NCBI GenBank assembly: GCA_010093995.1 | Contig: ML992504.1 | Span: 1,787,394-1,851,393, forward strand | Source: Elsinoe ampelina | Lineage: Eukaryota | DNA length: 64,000 nucleotides | Direction of reading: 5' to 3' | In this document: positions 48,662 to 60,509 of the stretch, in pieces | Numbering within the stretch: the first letter of the stretch is position 1 | How the letters are laid out: every line of letters begins with the position of its first letter | Made by a program: the position numbers and the translations under genes | Notes under the pieces: generated by a model | Told to the model about the DNA's origin: nothing | Databases searched by the model: none | The model's input: only the letters and a program-made list of their open reading frames with translations

Positions 48662-49694
48662 CGTTCGACTGCTCCTTCAGCCGCACCGTCGCCAAGACTC
48701 CCGACACGGCGGCACGGTTGTCACGTTTGGTAGTCAAGAATCGCGAAGCTCTCTGGGCACGAGCGCGCGGTCTGACAATTGCAGATAAGATTGCTCCGCC
48801 GCAAGGATTGAGGCATGAGCATGTAGCGAGCGACAGACCGACACAAGAAACGGCAGAGAAAGGAGGGAGGTCAATGGATGACACCTACAGCTCAGCTTTA
48901 ACCGCCCCGAAGCCGCGGTGAGGGCGCAGCAGTAAGGCCGGCAGCTGCATATTGGACTTTGTCCGGACTTGAGGCTTCCCAACGAAGGTGCGCCGAACAA
49001 TACCTCGTAATGGAGCTTGTAAAACCAGAAATGTGCTGGCCTATCTTGCTGGGCATCTGGAAATGTCTCTGGCAAAAGTCGGACTTTATATGCCTAGGGT
49101 TTATGTATGTGGATTTGACATTGTCTCCGCTGACGCAATTCGGTGCTCTTGGGTCCCGGGAGGAAGAAGTTCTGCCAAACACATCGTTGAGAGATACACT
49201 GGATATTCCGGACGCTCTCCATCGAAGTTCTGGAAGTAGGGGATCGTTTTAATTCGTAGTAGAAGGTTATATTCCTGACTTGAAGGAATGTCGCGAATTT
49301 CTCCGAAGTGAAGCCAAGCGGGACAGGTGGGTCCGTGGCACGTGCTGATCCACCAGGTCGTCATGAACACTGCGAGTTTGCTCCATCTGATCTGACAGTG
49401 CATGGTCTTACGCAGCTATCACGTCCGTCATTTGCTTGTACCTCAATATGGACACTACTGCCATTCGAGAGTCCACTCCGCTCCAAAATCCACGACCATG
49501 AGCAGCCATAGTAACCACTGGCTTTCGATGCACGATCGCAAGGGCTAGGGCAGTGACATACCAGGGCTGGACATCAAGCCTCTCACAGTCAACCTGCACA
49601 AGGGCCGGTCACACGAATGATAAAATAAAGAACAAGGCAAGTTGCAAGGCAAGAATCATCATTACTCCCCATACCCTCTCCCCCTTCCCATCAT

Positions 49695-50774
49695 CTACGT
49701 CTCACAAGTCCCATTCACCAATTGCCCGAACCCAGCCTCGGTCAATGTATCCGTCAAATTGAACCTCGTCGAAATCGTCGCCAACCTCAACGGCGCAGTA
49801 AAGTACGGAATCTGCACGCCTCCGAACCTGCTCTCGTCCCCCCTGATGCTCAACGGTATCACACCACACCTATACGCTGGCTGTGACAGGATCCCCGCAA
49901 TCGCAGACGTGTTGGCAGTCGCATACAGCGGATACGAGTTATTCCCCGGCGTCAGCGTCAGAGCTGGCAAGGTGGAGTTGCCAATCAGCGTCTCACCCAC
50001 GAAGAGATTGAGCGTGACGTCGCCAAAGTCAGCAGTGCTGATGGACGGGTTGGGAATGGTGACGTTGCCGAACGAGTTGGCGCCAAAGGGCAGGTCGTCC
50101 CCCAGACGGAAGCGGGTGATCTCGAGGCCTTGCAGGGCGTTGAGGCCGGTGAGGTTGATGGTCTGGTTGTAATTGACTGTGATGCGGGGGAGGCCGCCTT
50201 GCTTTAGTCCGCCGCTGCCTCGAAGGTTGACGAGGAAGTTCTTGGTTGCGAGGAGGGTAGTGGTATAGCGGGTGAAGGCTGCGAGGTCGGTGATTTGGAT
50301 GCTTTGCTGAACGCGGGCTGTGGTGCCGTTTTCGGCCTTGATGGCGGGGATGGTGACGGAGACGAAGGGAGTGGTTTGACCTTCGAGGTAGAAGGAGCCG
50401 TTGAAAGAGTCGAGGTCGGGATGGAGGTTGGAGTCGGAGAGCAAGACGCTGTCGAGGGTCAAGTCGGCCGAGTCTGGTGCTGGATTGCGAATGATCTGAG
50501 CTGTTGGGACGAGCTGGGCCTTGTTGATGCCGCTCTGAGCCAATCGTGGGTAGCCAACAAATATGCTGGAGAAGAAATCAGTTGGTGAGTTGCGAGCATT
50601 GAGTGATGCATAGACTTACATGGGCAGGACAACAGCCAGAATGACAATGATCAAGGCGATGACATAGATCCACCAGAACCTGGCGCAGTGTCGCTTGATG
50701 CCACCCTTTCTCTTCGGAGCAGGGCCATTGACAGTTTCGTGGTGCTTCGAGTCAAATTCCTTTGATGAAGACAT
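49695..50774 (-). CDS. Type-II membrane protein with beta-rich lumenal domain (DUF3712-like)
   Basis: KRHCARFWWIY plus a TM helix, intron 50619-50566, GLNALQG, IPNPS...GDVTL, LTLTPGNN. Confidence 0.75.
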
Positions 50775-51980
50775 GACTGCTAATGAACGTAAAGATGCTC
50801 GAAGTAAGCAATGACGGAAGAGCGGCAATAGACCTTCAAGTCCACGACGAACAAAAGCGAAATGGCCGACTCTAGCGAGCAAAACTTGCAATAATGAGAG
50901 AATCTTCAGACCCGCATGCACATCACACCGTTCCACCCCCCAGAGCTCGTTACCGCTGTTCCGGACGATCATGTCTCTGCCCCAGAAGTATATTCCCTCA
51001 CGAACCAGCGCCCTCAACGGGTCTTGGCCCCGGCGGTCGTGGCAATATCCGAGAAATGTTCGCGTGACCTATACCTTTCGACGACCGCGACGCTCGGACA
51101 CGCCGAACATGACATGGTGTCAGACGCCGGGACCAGCCAGCACGAGTGTGGCCCGGTCGTCTATCTGAGCCAGATCGCCGGCGCACCAGCCGTGTTGAAC
51201 GAGCCGCTCGCGCATTGCATGCATGCAGGACATTGCGGAGACAGAAAAGGTGGCCCGAAAGGCGGAGCCGAGGTTTGGGGTTGCATCACATGTCTCGATG
51301 TACGACAGCCGAGCCAGCAGCAGGGAGAGAAGAGATGTCAAATTGAAATTCCAGTGAGACAGACACAGTCGACTTGTGAAGACGCCACTGCGTTCGACCC
51401 CCTCCCCGCAATGCCGAGTAATCACTAATCTGCAGTATCCTTCTCACCCCATCCCCATCCGGGGTAGCATGGGCAGATCATACTATGGGGGAATGGTCGC
51501 TTGTGGAGGCTTGTTAATATATTGGCTTTGGCTATCGAAATCCCATACCGTGCGAAAAATCCGGGTCCGGGTGACGTGTGGCGCTGGCCTGTGACGAACC
51601 TTGTCAAAGTGGCTCGCTCACAAGCGAAAATGCTGGATTCCAGTATGTACAGATATATTTCGAACCGTCATTTACTACTATGCTTGTTGTATTACCTGCA
51701 GGACTCCGCTCCGGGGGGGGGTCTGTCTGTGATCGCCTGGACCTTGACAGCCACACGGACCGCCTCTGCCAACTCGCCTCGACTCCGACTCCTGCTGCCC
51801 GTCACGTCACATGCGCCTTGCACTACTCCGCGTGGTGCTGCTATGCGAGATGACATGCCTCTCTTCTGGCTGTTGCCATTGGCTGGTGGCGCTGTACCTG
51901 CGTCTTTCACATGCCTCTTGCCATGGTCTCTGCGTCCGAGATCCGAATTTGTTCTCCGCCCACACCCCCATGTCATGTCA

Positions 51981-53246
51981 TCATTTGGGTTTGTCCTTTG
52001 CCTTTTCCTTCTCCTTGTCTTCCTTGTCCTTGAGCTCTTTCACGGCGATCCGCATGTTCTTTTCCTCCTGCGAAAGGGTCTCAAAGTGTGCTCGGTCGTT
52101 GTCCCACTTGTCCACGCATTCGCGGTTCCAGTTGCAGTCTTCCACTTGGCCAAATACGGGGTGCTGTGATTGTTAGTCTCGTCCATTTCCGTGAGATCTC
52201 CGGTAGGCCTACCTTGTACCGTGGGTGAGCATCCGGCCAATGCGAAGCGTGGTAATGATGTCGGACCAATGAGTACTTTGTATCGTGGTTGCCAGAATCA
52301 GAGTGTCCCTGTCCAGCAGCGAACGCTTCAACCGGTAATACGAGCACACCTCCGACCAGCTTCGACTCTGACAGCCCATGGAATGGGTCCCAATTGATAT
52401 CTTTGCCTGTCCGTGCCGACATGTCGTCCAAAATGGCTTTTGTGAATGCGCTAGGTCCTGTGCCTGAAATGACTTGATCAAAGTCGAGCTTGATATCTGC
52501 GATGCCGACCTTCTGCTCGTCCGCAACGGTCTTGAGCCATGCGATGATGTTCTCGACTAGTTTGAGCATGACCGGTAATCGCGGTTTGCACATCTGTTGC
52601 CCGTCAGCTTCGCCCGGTACATCTGGTCAGTAATACCTACAAAAGTCCACTGACAGAATGATTGACACTTTGTCCCAAGAATCGTGTGATTCTTGAACTC
52701 TGGCTGATCGATTTCCACCCCAATGACCATATCCACGTCCCGCTCTTGATACCTCTCTGGCAAGAACCTGCCTATGGGTCGAAGTGCTTCCACGTCAATG
52801 TCCGTGTAGACTCCGCCTTCGACGTACATGACCAGGTACCGCAAGATATCCGCCTTGATGATGCGGGCGTTCAGCTCCCGGTAGGTGTAGACAATGTCCA
52901 ATCGGTTGAGGCCATCGGGGCCGAACTCGCGCTCGACATAGGCAAGGTCATTCTTGTCTGTGAGGACCTCGTATCTGTACTCCGGGTTCTTGCCCACCCA
53001 GCTCCTCGCTCGATTAAGGTCAGTCTCCTCGAACCCGAGAGGATCGATCTTCCAAATTTGCCAGATTTTGCGAGGGAACCGCGGGTCCTTTGCTACCAGG
53101 TAGCTCGCTGGTATGTCCTTGTATGGGCTCCAGAGGAATATGAGGATCAAGCAAAAGACGGTCAATGCAGGCAGTATCCGGCGGACTTGGGTAGGCATTG
53201 CGAATGCCGGTGGCCTAGAGACGTAGTCCTTGTATTCGAGTTTCAT
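51981..53246 (-). CDS. GT32 alpha-mannosyltransferase (OCH1/HOC1-like)
   Basis: N-terminal TM, PRKIWQ, KADILRYL, GGVYTDIDV (DXD), FCQWTFMCKP, TGPSAFT, HHYHAS. Introns 52640-52594 and 52212-52164. Start could also be at MPTQVRR. Confidence 0.92.
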
Positions 53247-54514
53247 GGTTGTAATGACGGTGGAGATGTTCAGCTGGGGTAACGACCGATAGGGGGCGAG
53301 GTAGGGCCGCAAACGGGCAAAAATAGTTGGAAAGCAAGACAGCAAATAATAAAAATATGGAAAACGACGTATACTTGCAGGGCTATTGTTCCGTGCCCGG
53401 GAGGGGGGTTAGCAGCTTGGATCAACCAGATGATTGACAACGTCCCAAGCTCGGACAAACGAGGATGCGTTCCAGTGTGCATCCTTCTAGATGCATGTCC
53501 TTGTCTCGCATTGACTTGACGAAATTTCATTTCAGAAGCCCCGCGACCCAGGAAGTTGAGATGGCGCCACCCGCGACATCTGCCACAGAACTAGCACACC
53601 CTCCCCCACGGGCGAAATCGTATTCTGGCAGCCATGGTTTGGCGCCTCCAATTCTCGCAGCGACGCTAGCGTTTGCAGGATTATCGCAGCGGTGTCACTT
53701 TACGTTCGATATACGTGCAAGAGGGTCAGTGCGGCCAAGGTTGGGCTCAATGCGAGGGTTGAAAGTCAATAGCGCGTCGACAAGAGACCTGCCCTCGACG
53801 GACTGAGGTCTGAAAAACAAAGGTCCGCCGCTCTCGTAAAATCCGGTTTGACCAATCGGCTGTGTGAAATTACAGATGCGCACAGACGAGGCGATTCCTT
53901 GCAGATGGGTCGAAGGCCCGAAGGGACACGAAAGAAGTCTGAACTGGACGCTAGCGGGCCACGTCGATCTCAGGCCGTCTCCCCCGAACCTCGTTTGCTA
54001 TTGTACATCAGGCTTGTGCAGGTATTGCTTTGCTTTTCAATTGCGTGCCGGGAGTGGTCAGTGGCGACGATCAGAGCAACGGCCGCGGCCAGATTAGTCT
54101 GGAGTGCGACCGAGACGACGACTGGAAGCGACATAGGGTTGCGGTGGGCACCTACTGGCCGACCACGATTGCTAATGAAACACGACAAAGTCTAATCTCG
54201 CCGCCCCCGTCAAGACCAGTTTGGACCCTCGCCACGTCCCCTTGAGGCTTGGTCAGGAAAAGGAGGCTCCAAGGATTTGTCGCACGTCGATCTACTCCCC
54301 GTTTCGTGTGCCGGCACTCCTCATCGTACTATTCTAACTAAGTTAATGGTGGAGGAATAATAGACGAATGGCAACGGCTTGTAAATACTGAGTGCCTCGG
54401 CGATTGTCCATGTCACTTTTGATGACATGTGTTGAAGGCAGAATTTCCGGACGTGCTACATTGCACATGACATGACTTTGAAGTCTGCGCACTACAGACA
54501 CACACACCGTTGAC

Positions 54515-55990
54515 ATGGCGGACACAGCTGAGGATGGCGGTTTGCTAGAGAAGAACGAGGATGAGCTTCTACCACAACGCAGCCGACTGGCAGGACTCAG
54601 ATCATCAGCAGCATTCCAAACACTCCTGTGGGTAGTACAGGCTATACGGCCATCATTTCTCAACAACGTGTCGAGAGGTGGTCGACTGCGAAAGACAGCA
54701 TATCTCGATGGAATCAGAGGGTTTGCTGCTTTTCTGGTATACTGGCATCATCACCTACTCTGGAGCCATGAAGCTATGCATGCAGAGTCGACACTCCAGT
54801 CGGCTTTTGGATATAATCATGAACATTTGTTCGCTGCACTACCAATAGTCCGCACATTTTTCACAGGAGGACATCTGGCAGTCGCCATCTTCTTCATACT
54901 CTCAGGCTATGTACTCTCCACCAAACCACTGTCCCTTCTAGACTCTGGAGATCACCTTGCCTTGGGCGACAATCTGGCATCTGCCCTGTTCAGACGATGG
55001 TTCAGACTGTGGATCCCAGTCATTGTCGTCAGCTTTGGCATCGTCTCCTTCTACTACTGGACTGGGATATTTGCCAACTTTATTCCAGAAGGCTCCTACA
55101 GAGCCGAAGTGTGGAAGTGGTACAACGAAATCAAGATTTACAGCTTCATATTCGGTCAGCCTAAAATTCCATGGCTGTCCTACCACCCACACTCATGGAC
55201 AATCCCTGTGGAGATCCGGGGGTCAGTCGTTGTATACTGCAGTGTTCTGGCCTTGTCGAGAACAACACGCAAAGCCAGACTCTGGTGCGAAGCGGGCTTG
55301 ATGTTCTACTTTATGTATATCGTGGACGGAGCTTATTACGCCATGTTCACGGCCGGCCTCTTCCTCTGCGAGATCGACATGTACTCGGTCACACAGGCAC
55401 TGCCAGCATGGATGACCGCGCTGAAGCCCTTCGAAACATCTATCTGGCACATTATGTTCTTCGTTGGTCTTCTTCTAGGCGGCGTGCCTTCGACCACCAA
55501 CGACTTGACCTACCTAAAGGATTCACCAGGCTGGCACCTACTCGCATGGTTCAAGCCGCAGGCAGTGTTCGACTTTAAGTGGTTCTTCCTCTTCTGGGCT
55601 GCCATTTGCGTCATCTCAGCTGTGCCTCGTATACCATGGCTGAAACGCTTCTTCGAGACCAGGTTCTGCCTCTACCTCGGTCGTATCTCTTACATGCTAT
55701 ACCTGCTTCACGGTCCCATCTTATGGACTCTGGGCGATAGACTCTACGCTGCCACTGGATGGTCACGAGAGGCACACGCCCTGCATCTTCCAGGATGGAC
55801 AAACAGATTTCCAGTACCAAAGTGGGGGCCAGTAGGACTGGAGCTGGCATTCCTGGTACCTAATCTGATACTCTTGCCCCTCACTCTCTGGATGGCAGAG
55901 TTGGGGACGAGTCTGATAGACGGGCCAGCCATCCGTTTCGGATCCTGGCTGTACGGAAAGACACGCCCCTCGGACGAGTACTTGACATGA
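54515..55990 (+). CDS. Acyltransferase family 3 (OafA-like membrane O-acyltransferase)
   Basis: YLDGIRGFAAFLV, AVAIFFILSGYVL, RRWFRL, WTIPVE, YLGRISYMLYLLHG; many TM segments. Confidence 0.92.
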   Translation: MADTAEDGGLLEKNEDELLPQRSRLAGLRSSAAFQTLLWVVQAIRPSFLNNVSRGGRLRKTAYLDGIRGFAAFLVYWHHHLLWSHEAMHAESTLQSAFGYNHEHLFAALPIVRTFFTGGHLAVAIFFILSGYVLSTKPLSLLDSGDHLALGDNLASALFRRWFRLWIPVIVVSFGIVSFYYWTGIFANFIPEGSYRAEVWKWYNEIKIYSFIFGQPKIPWLSYHPHSWTIPVEIRGSVVVYCSVLALSRTTRKARLWCEAGLMFYFMYIVDGAYYAMFTAGLFLCEIDMYSVTQALPAWMTALKPFETSIWHIMFFVGLLLGGVPSTTNDLTYLKDSPGWHLLAWFKPQAVFDFKWFFLFWAAICVISAVPRIPWLKRFFETRFCLYLGRISYMLYLLHGPILWTLGDRLYAATGWSREAHALHLPGWTNRFPVPKWGPVGLELAFLVPNLILLPLTLWMAELGTSLIDGPAIRFGSWLYGKTRPSDEYLT

Positions 55991-56444
55991 GATGATGCAA
56001 CCAGGGGGCATGAGGGGGCGGGGTACGCCATTCGTGATGACCATGTAATTCTACTACATTAGCCAATGACCTCATTTCCCCATATCTAGTTAGCTGTCAA
56101 TGTAACGGGGATCAACTAATGAAACGCGACAAGGCACGCTATGCACAAGTGTCAGACCATCCGCAAGCCCGTGTGACAAGAAGCCAAAGCATGGTTCCAT
56201 CAAAGCTTGATTCTCCAGCCGAGGCGTCTATTAATCAATGCGCGGGAGGAGAACCACGTCCGTGATGTTTGGACATTTTCCTTCTCGTGATCGTCCCGTT
56301 CTCGGTCCAGCACTTTCACATGTCTCACTCGATCGGGAGCACTTGTCCGACATCGAAACCTCGCGCCGTCTTGGGGCATTGAACAAATTTCAATGATATG
56401 GTGACACTGACCGTCACGATACCTGATACAATGCGCAATCGACC

Positions 56445-57884
56445 ATGCTGGTGACCACGGCCAGAGGAGGCTTGTCTGTCCTGTTCCTCCTGCTCATACC
56501 CGTCGTCTGGCTAGGAGTCTACCACTTCCCAGCACTGCTGACTTTCGATTCCGCTTCATTACCGCAGAAGCATGACCAGGTCATACCAGTCAAGGAGGAG
56601 TCGCAGGACGTCAAGGAGCATGTCGTTGCGCCGGAGAAAGGCCATGTCTCCTGGGTCGAGCCAGCTCCGGTAACAGACTCTGAGAGTCGATTGCCCGTAG
56701 AATCAATCCCATGGCCACCAGCCGAGCAACCTGCGGAAACTTCAACACAGCCAGGATACCATGTCATCAAATCAAAGACGTCTCTGGATGGCAGATACTT
56801 TGACATTGACTTCAAACACCCGGCCATCAATCCCAACATTATCCCTCATCCGACCGAGCCTGACACATTCATCATCGTTGCCCAAAAGCACAAGTACGGA
56901 TCGACCGGAATCTTCTTCTTCGTGGAGCTGGTATGCAACGCCGTCTTCCAGAACTACAAACTCGTATGCACCGAGCCCGCCTCCATCCTACCCATATCAG
57001 CCACCAGCAGCGGCAACTGCGAAGGCAAGCTGGACTTCTTCGCCCTCAGCGTCGGGCCCCACGACGCACGAGTCTTCTGGGGTCCCGACCGACCCTACGT
57101 CCTCTTCGGCTCCAACTCAATGCACAACTGCTTCGGCCAATGGCTCCAAGACTTCCGCATGCTCACCATCTGGCACGAACTCACCGACCTCCGCGCCCCC
57201 TACCGCCTCGCCACCGACATCGCCAAACCCCCACCCTACCAACCCATCGAAAAGAACTGGTTCATCTTCTGGGACCTGGACAGCAACATCTACGCCCACT
57301 ACGACATCTTCCCGCACCGCTCCTTCGCCCGCATCTCCCCCGACGGTTCCGCCAGCGAGGACCTCGCCCCGCGCTCCCGCGAAGCAGACGACATGTGCTT
57401 CGCGACCCACGGACCCAAGCCGACCCCCGCCTCCCCCGACGCAGGCGAAGGGGAAGAATCCATCCACCAAGCGACAAACTCCCTCTCCATCACGCTCTGC
57501 CGCCGCGCCGACCCGTCCTGTGAACCCTCGCCCACAAACACATTCATCCTCACCGTCTTCCACCTCAAGCGCCACTTGAACCTACACAGTGTTTACGAAC
57601 CCTACGTCCTCTTGTTCTCGGCCGTGGCGCCTTTTAGAACCTTCGCGGTAGGTTCCAAGCCGCTGTGGGTCCATGGACGGAAAAAGGCAGGGGAGGAAGG
57701 GACCGTGAGTGATGGCCAGAGCGAGATGATGTATATTACTTCTGTCAATTGGAAGGCGAATGGGAGTAGGTACCAGGGGTATCTGGATGATGTGGTCATG
57801 GTGGGGTTTGGGGTCGAGGATAGGAGGGCCGCAGGGATTGATGTGCTGGCCGAGGATTTGTTGGGGGGGTTGGCTTATTGTTGA
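56445..57884 (+). CDS. Uncharacterised type-II membrane protein, predicted beta-propeller (GT91/GH130-like motifs)
   Basis: Single N-terminal TM, Pro-rich stem, then NPNIIPHP, GPHDARVF, EKNWFIFW and GYLDDVVMVGFGVED. The gene is solid; the fold is inferred. Confidence 0.8.
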   Translation: MLVTTARGGLSVLFLLLIPVVWLGVYHFPALLTFDSASLPQKHDQVIPVKEESQDVKEHVVAPEKGHVSWVEPAPVTDSESRLPVESIPWPPAEQPAETSTQPGYHVIKSKTSLDGRYFDIDFKHPAINPNIIPHPTEPDTFIIVAQKHKYGSTGIFFFVELVCNAVFQNYKLVCTEPASILPISATSSGNCEGKLDFFALSVGPHDARVFWGPDRPYVLFGSNSMHNCFGQWLQDFRMLTIWHELTDLRAPYRLATDIAKPPPYQPIEKNWFIFWDLDSNIYAHYDIFPHRSFARISPDGSASEDLAPRSREADDMCFATHGPKPTPASPDAGEGEESIHQATNSLSITLCRRADPSCEPSPTNTFILTVFHLKRHLNLHSVYEPYVLLFSAVAPFRTFAVGSKPLWVHGRKKAGEEGTVSDGQSEMMYITSVNWKANGSRYQGYLDDVVMVGFGVEDRRAAGIDVLAEDLLGGLAYC

Positions 57885-58822
57885 ATGCTGGGCTGGAGTA
57901 AGGTCTCATTTCGGATGGGTGTATATATTCTTGAGAGCGGAGATGTCGATCGTATATACTCCCAGGCAGACTCGATTAGCCTTTCATCCTCCGTATCTCC
58001 CTATGCGGACCCCTGGGACTTTGTGTCTCCCTGTCATCGTGTTGAGGGGTGTACATGTACCAACACTTTCTCTGTCTGCCCATGATGCTAACCGCTATGA
58101 TGGGACCTTCCGGTGGACCAGCGCTGTGAGATTCATTCCGCTGGTGCAGGGAAGCATGCATACCACTCTTTCTTCGTGTGAGCTACGGCACAACCTGCGA
58201 AAAAGGTTGTGAGGTGATCATTCAGCTCTGTGAAAGTCAGCCATCTGGTAATCCCCGTGCGCTTGATCATCGAGTCGTGATTCATCGCCTCGGTAGCTAA
58301 AAACTGCAACGTACCCCTGACCGTCATTTCCTCCGCCGCCTGAAGCGAATAGTGATCCCTGAACTCGTGCACCAGGATCAGCTCTTTGGGTAGTATCGTG
58401 CCTGCGTCGGGTCAACGACTCGCCTCAACGTGGATCAACAGAGAGTGCGTACCTTTTGGGACTTTATAGACTAACACGTCCGGACCAGTGAACGTAGCAA
58501 GCACTCTCCTCTGCGCAGGCGAGTCTGACCGCATTGAGGCGCCATTGGGGACTGTTTGCGTTGCATGTCAGAGTACTGCAGTAATGACGATCATCAAGAG
58601 CGATGCCGTACATTCATAAGTCTTTGGGTCAAGTGCTTTGGGCTTGACCATGCCGGAAGTGGTGAGTAAATCGAAAGGTCCGCGTGGTCGTAGGGGGCCT
58701 GGGTGGGCTCGAAGTCGAATGCTAGGACCTTTGTTTGTGCGGAAGAGAGTCTTGGGAAAGGTTGCGAAAGAGGCGAGGAAGCGATTGTGGTTCATTGCTT
58801 GCACATTTATAGATCGTATATA

Positions 58823-60055
58823 TCATAGGGACCGAGGTTTGGTTATTGGAGCTGGGAGTGAGCACTCTGAGTTGAGGTCGGAGGACAATGAGAAGTCCGA
58901 TTGGTGGCAAGGACGGGAAGTATCACGAGAGCTTGATGACCATGAGCTATTTGGCTGTACAGCTATCTTTGTAACCACGATAGTCTCCTTGCGACCCCTC
59001 ATGCATTGCCTTGATGGCATGATCCACCGTCTTGAGTGTGATCCAAGCGTCCTTCTGTTGCATGGGGTATGCGGTATCTTGTGAGATACCAGCATCCTGT
59101 GCTTCGACCTTGTTGATATGTAAAACTTCAGGTCAACGTAAGTGAAGTGGAGCAGGGCAGGATAGTCCGAGGTCACAGGGTCCATTACATGGAGGCATAT
59201 CCCCACTCTCATGCGTTGAGGGAGGCGTTGATCAAATCTCATGTACCACATGGTATGGCAATTAGTGCTAGATTATTCCTTAGATTGTCGTGAAGACGAT
59301 CGTAGTCAGAAGAAACCGCAGCTCCGGGCAAACCGGTGCTTCTGTCGCCCAGATTGGTTGTTGCTGCAGGTCTTGTAGGTTTCTGTAACACAGGAGTTTG
59401 TCTGATTCTCGTCGTCGGTGTCTTTTTCGAGGTGATGCCACTTCTGATCATTGAGAAAGAAGCAGCGACAGCGGCAGACTTCAGCATGTTCCCAAAGGTT
59501 CTTGACAATTATCCCGATGTAGCAGAAGGTCTTGATGGACATTCTGCCCTTGGTGTGGTGGCACTGCTGCGTTGGCTCTCTGGTGTAGTGCCTCGGTCCA
59601 TTGTCCTGGATGTCACTGATCAGCGGCACGGCATCGTGGCTGTGATTGTGGCCCTTCGCAAGTGTGGCGACTGCTATGATGTCCTTGAATGTACATCGAC
59701 ATGACGAGTCCCTGCGTAGTTTCGAGAACTGCTGGAACATCTCTTCAAAGCAATCTTCGGTCTTGCCGTTCCACACGGACATTTCCATGGACCAAGCTAT
59801 CGCTGCGTGGACGTTTCCGTCACACACAAAGTAGTACATTGGCGACGAACCGAGATTAGTGTAGCTGTAGCCGTACTCTGTACCTTTGAGTTGTTGGCGA
59901 CGCCAGATGGTGAGATCTCTGGTTGTCCCGTCAAGGAATGGGTCGGCTGGGTATGTCTTCAGGAGTTCCCATTGATCGGAGATGGCTGGCTCGTCCGGCG
60001 GGGGTTTCAAGGACGGATCTGCTGTCATCACCAATGCGTGCAGAATATGTAGCAT
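58823..60055 (-). pseudogene. Possible degenerate or lineage-specific gene
   Basis: A 249-aa ATG ORF (60055-59306) is followed by a 142-aa ORF (59251-58823) on the same strand. No clean splice junction or recognisable motif. Confidence 0.3.
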
Positions 60056-60509
60056 TCGATGTTTGTCCAGAGTCTCGGCTTTCGTTTGAGAGACAAGTCA
60101 TGATTATGATTTGCGACTTAGCGGCCACCCAAGAGGGGTATGGCAGCTGTGACGTTGACGAAGATGAATGCTGTATGGATAGGTGATGCAGAAAGATGAT
60201 TCCAGGAGTGGTTTATAAATGTCAGTCAAAAGGTGCCAAGCTATCCTTGTGAACTCAAGTCAAGACCAGTGCTTTATTATTCGAGGCGCAGCGAGACTCT
60301 TGCCCCACCATCGACGAATAGTCACCAGTGAAAATGAGACGTGATTCATTGCTGAAGCTGGAGAAGCAATTATTACCTTGAGAGTATCATGTCGCAGCTG
60401 ATCATATGCGTTGTCCTCCGTCCGTGTCGGACTAAAAGTCCTCTCGATGCCACGCCACATTGGTAGAGCCATGAGTACAGGCATGCGTGGCGCCAGGTCT
60501 CTACGCCAC

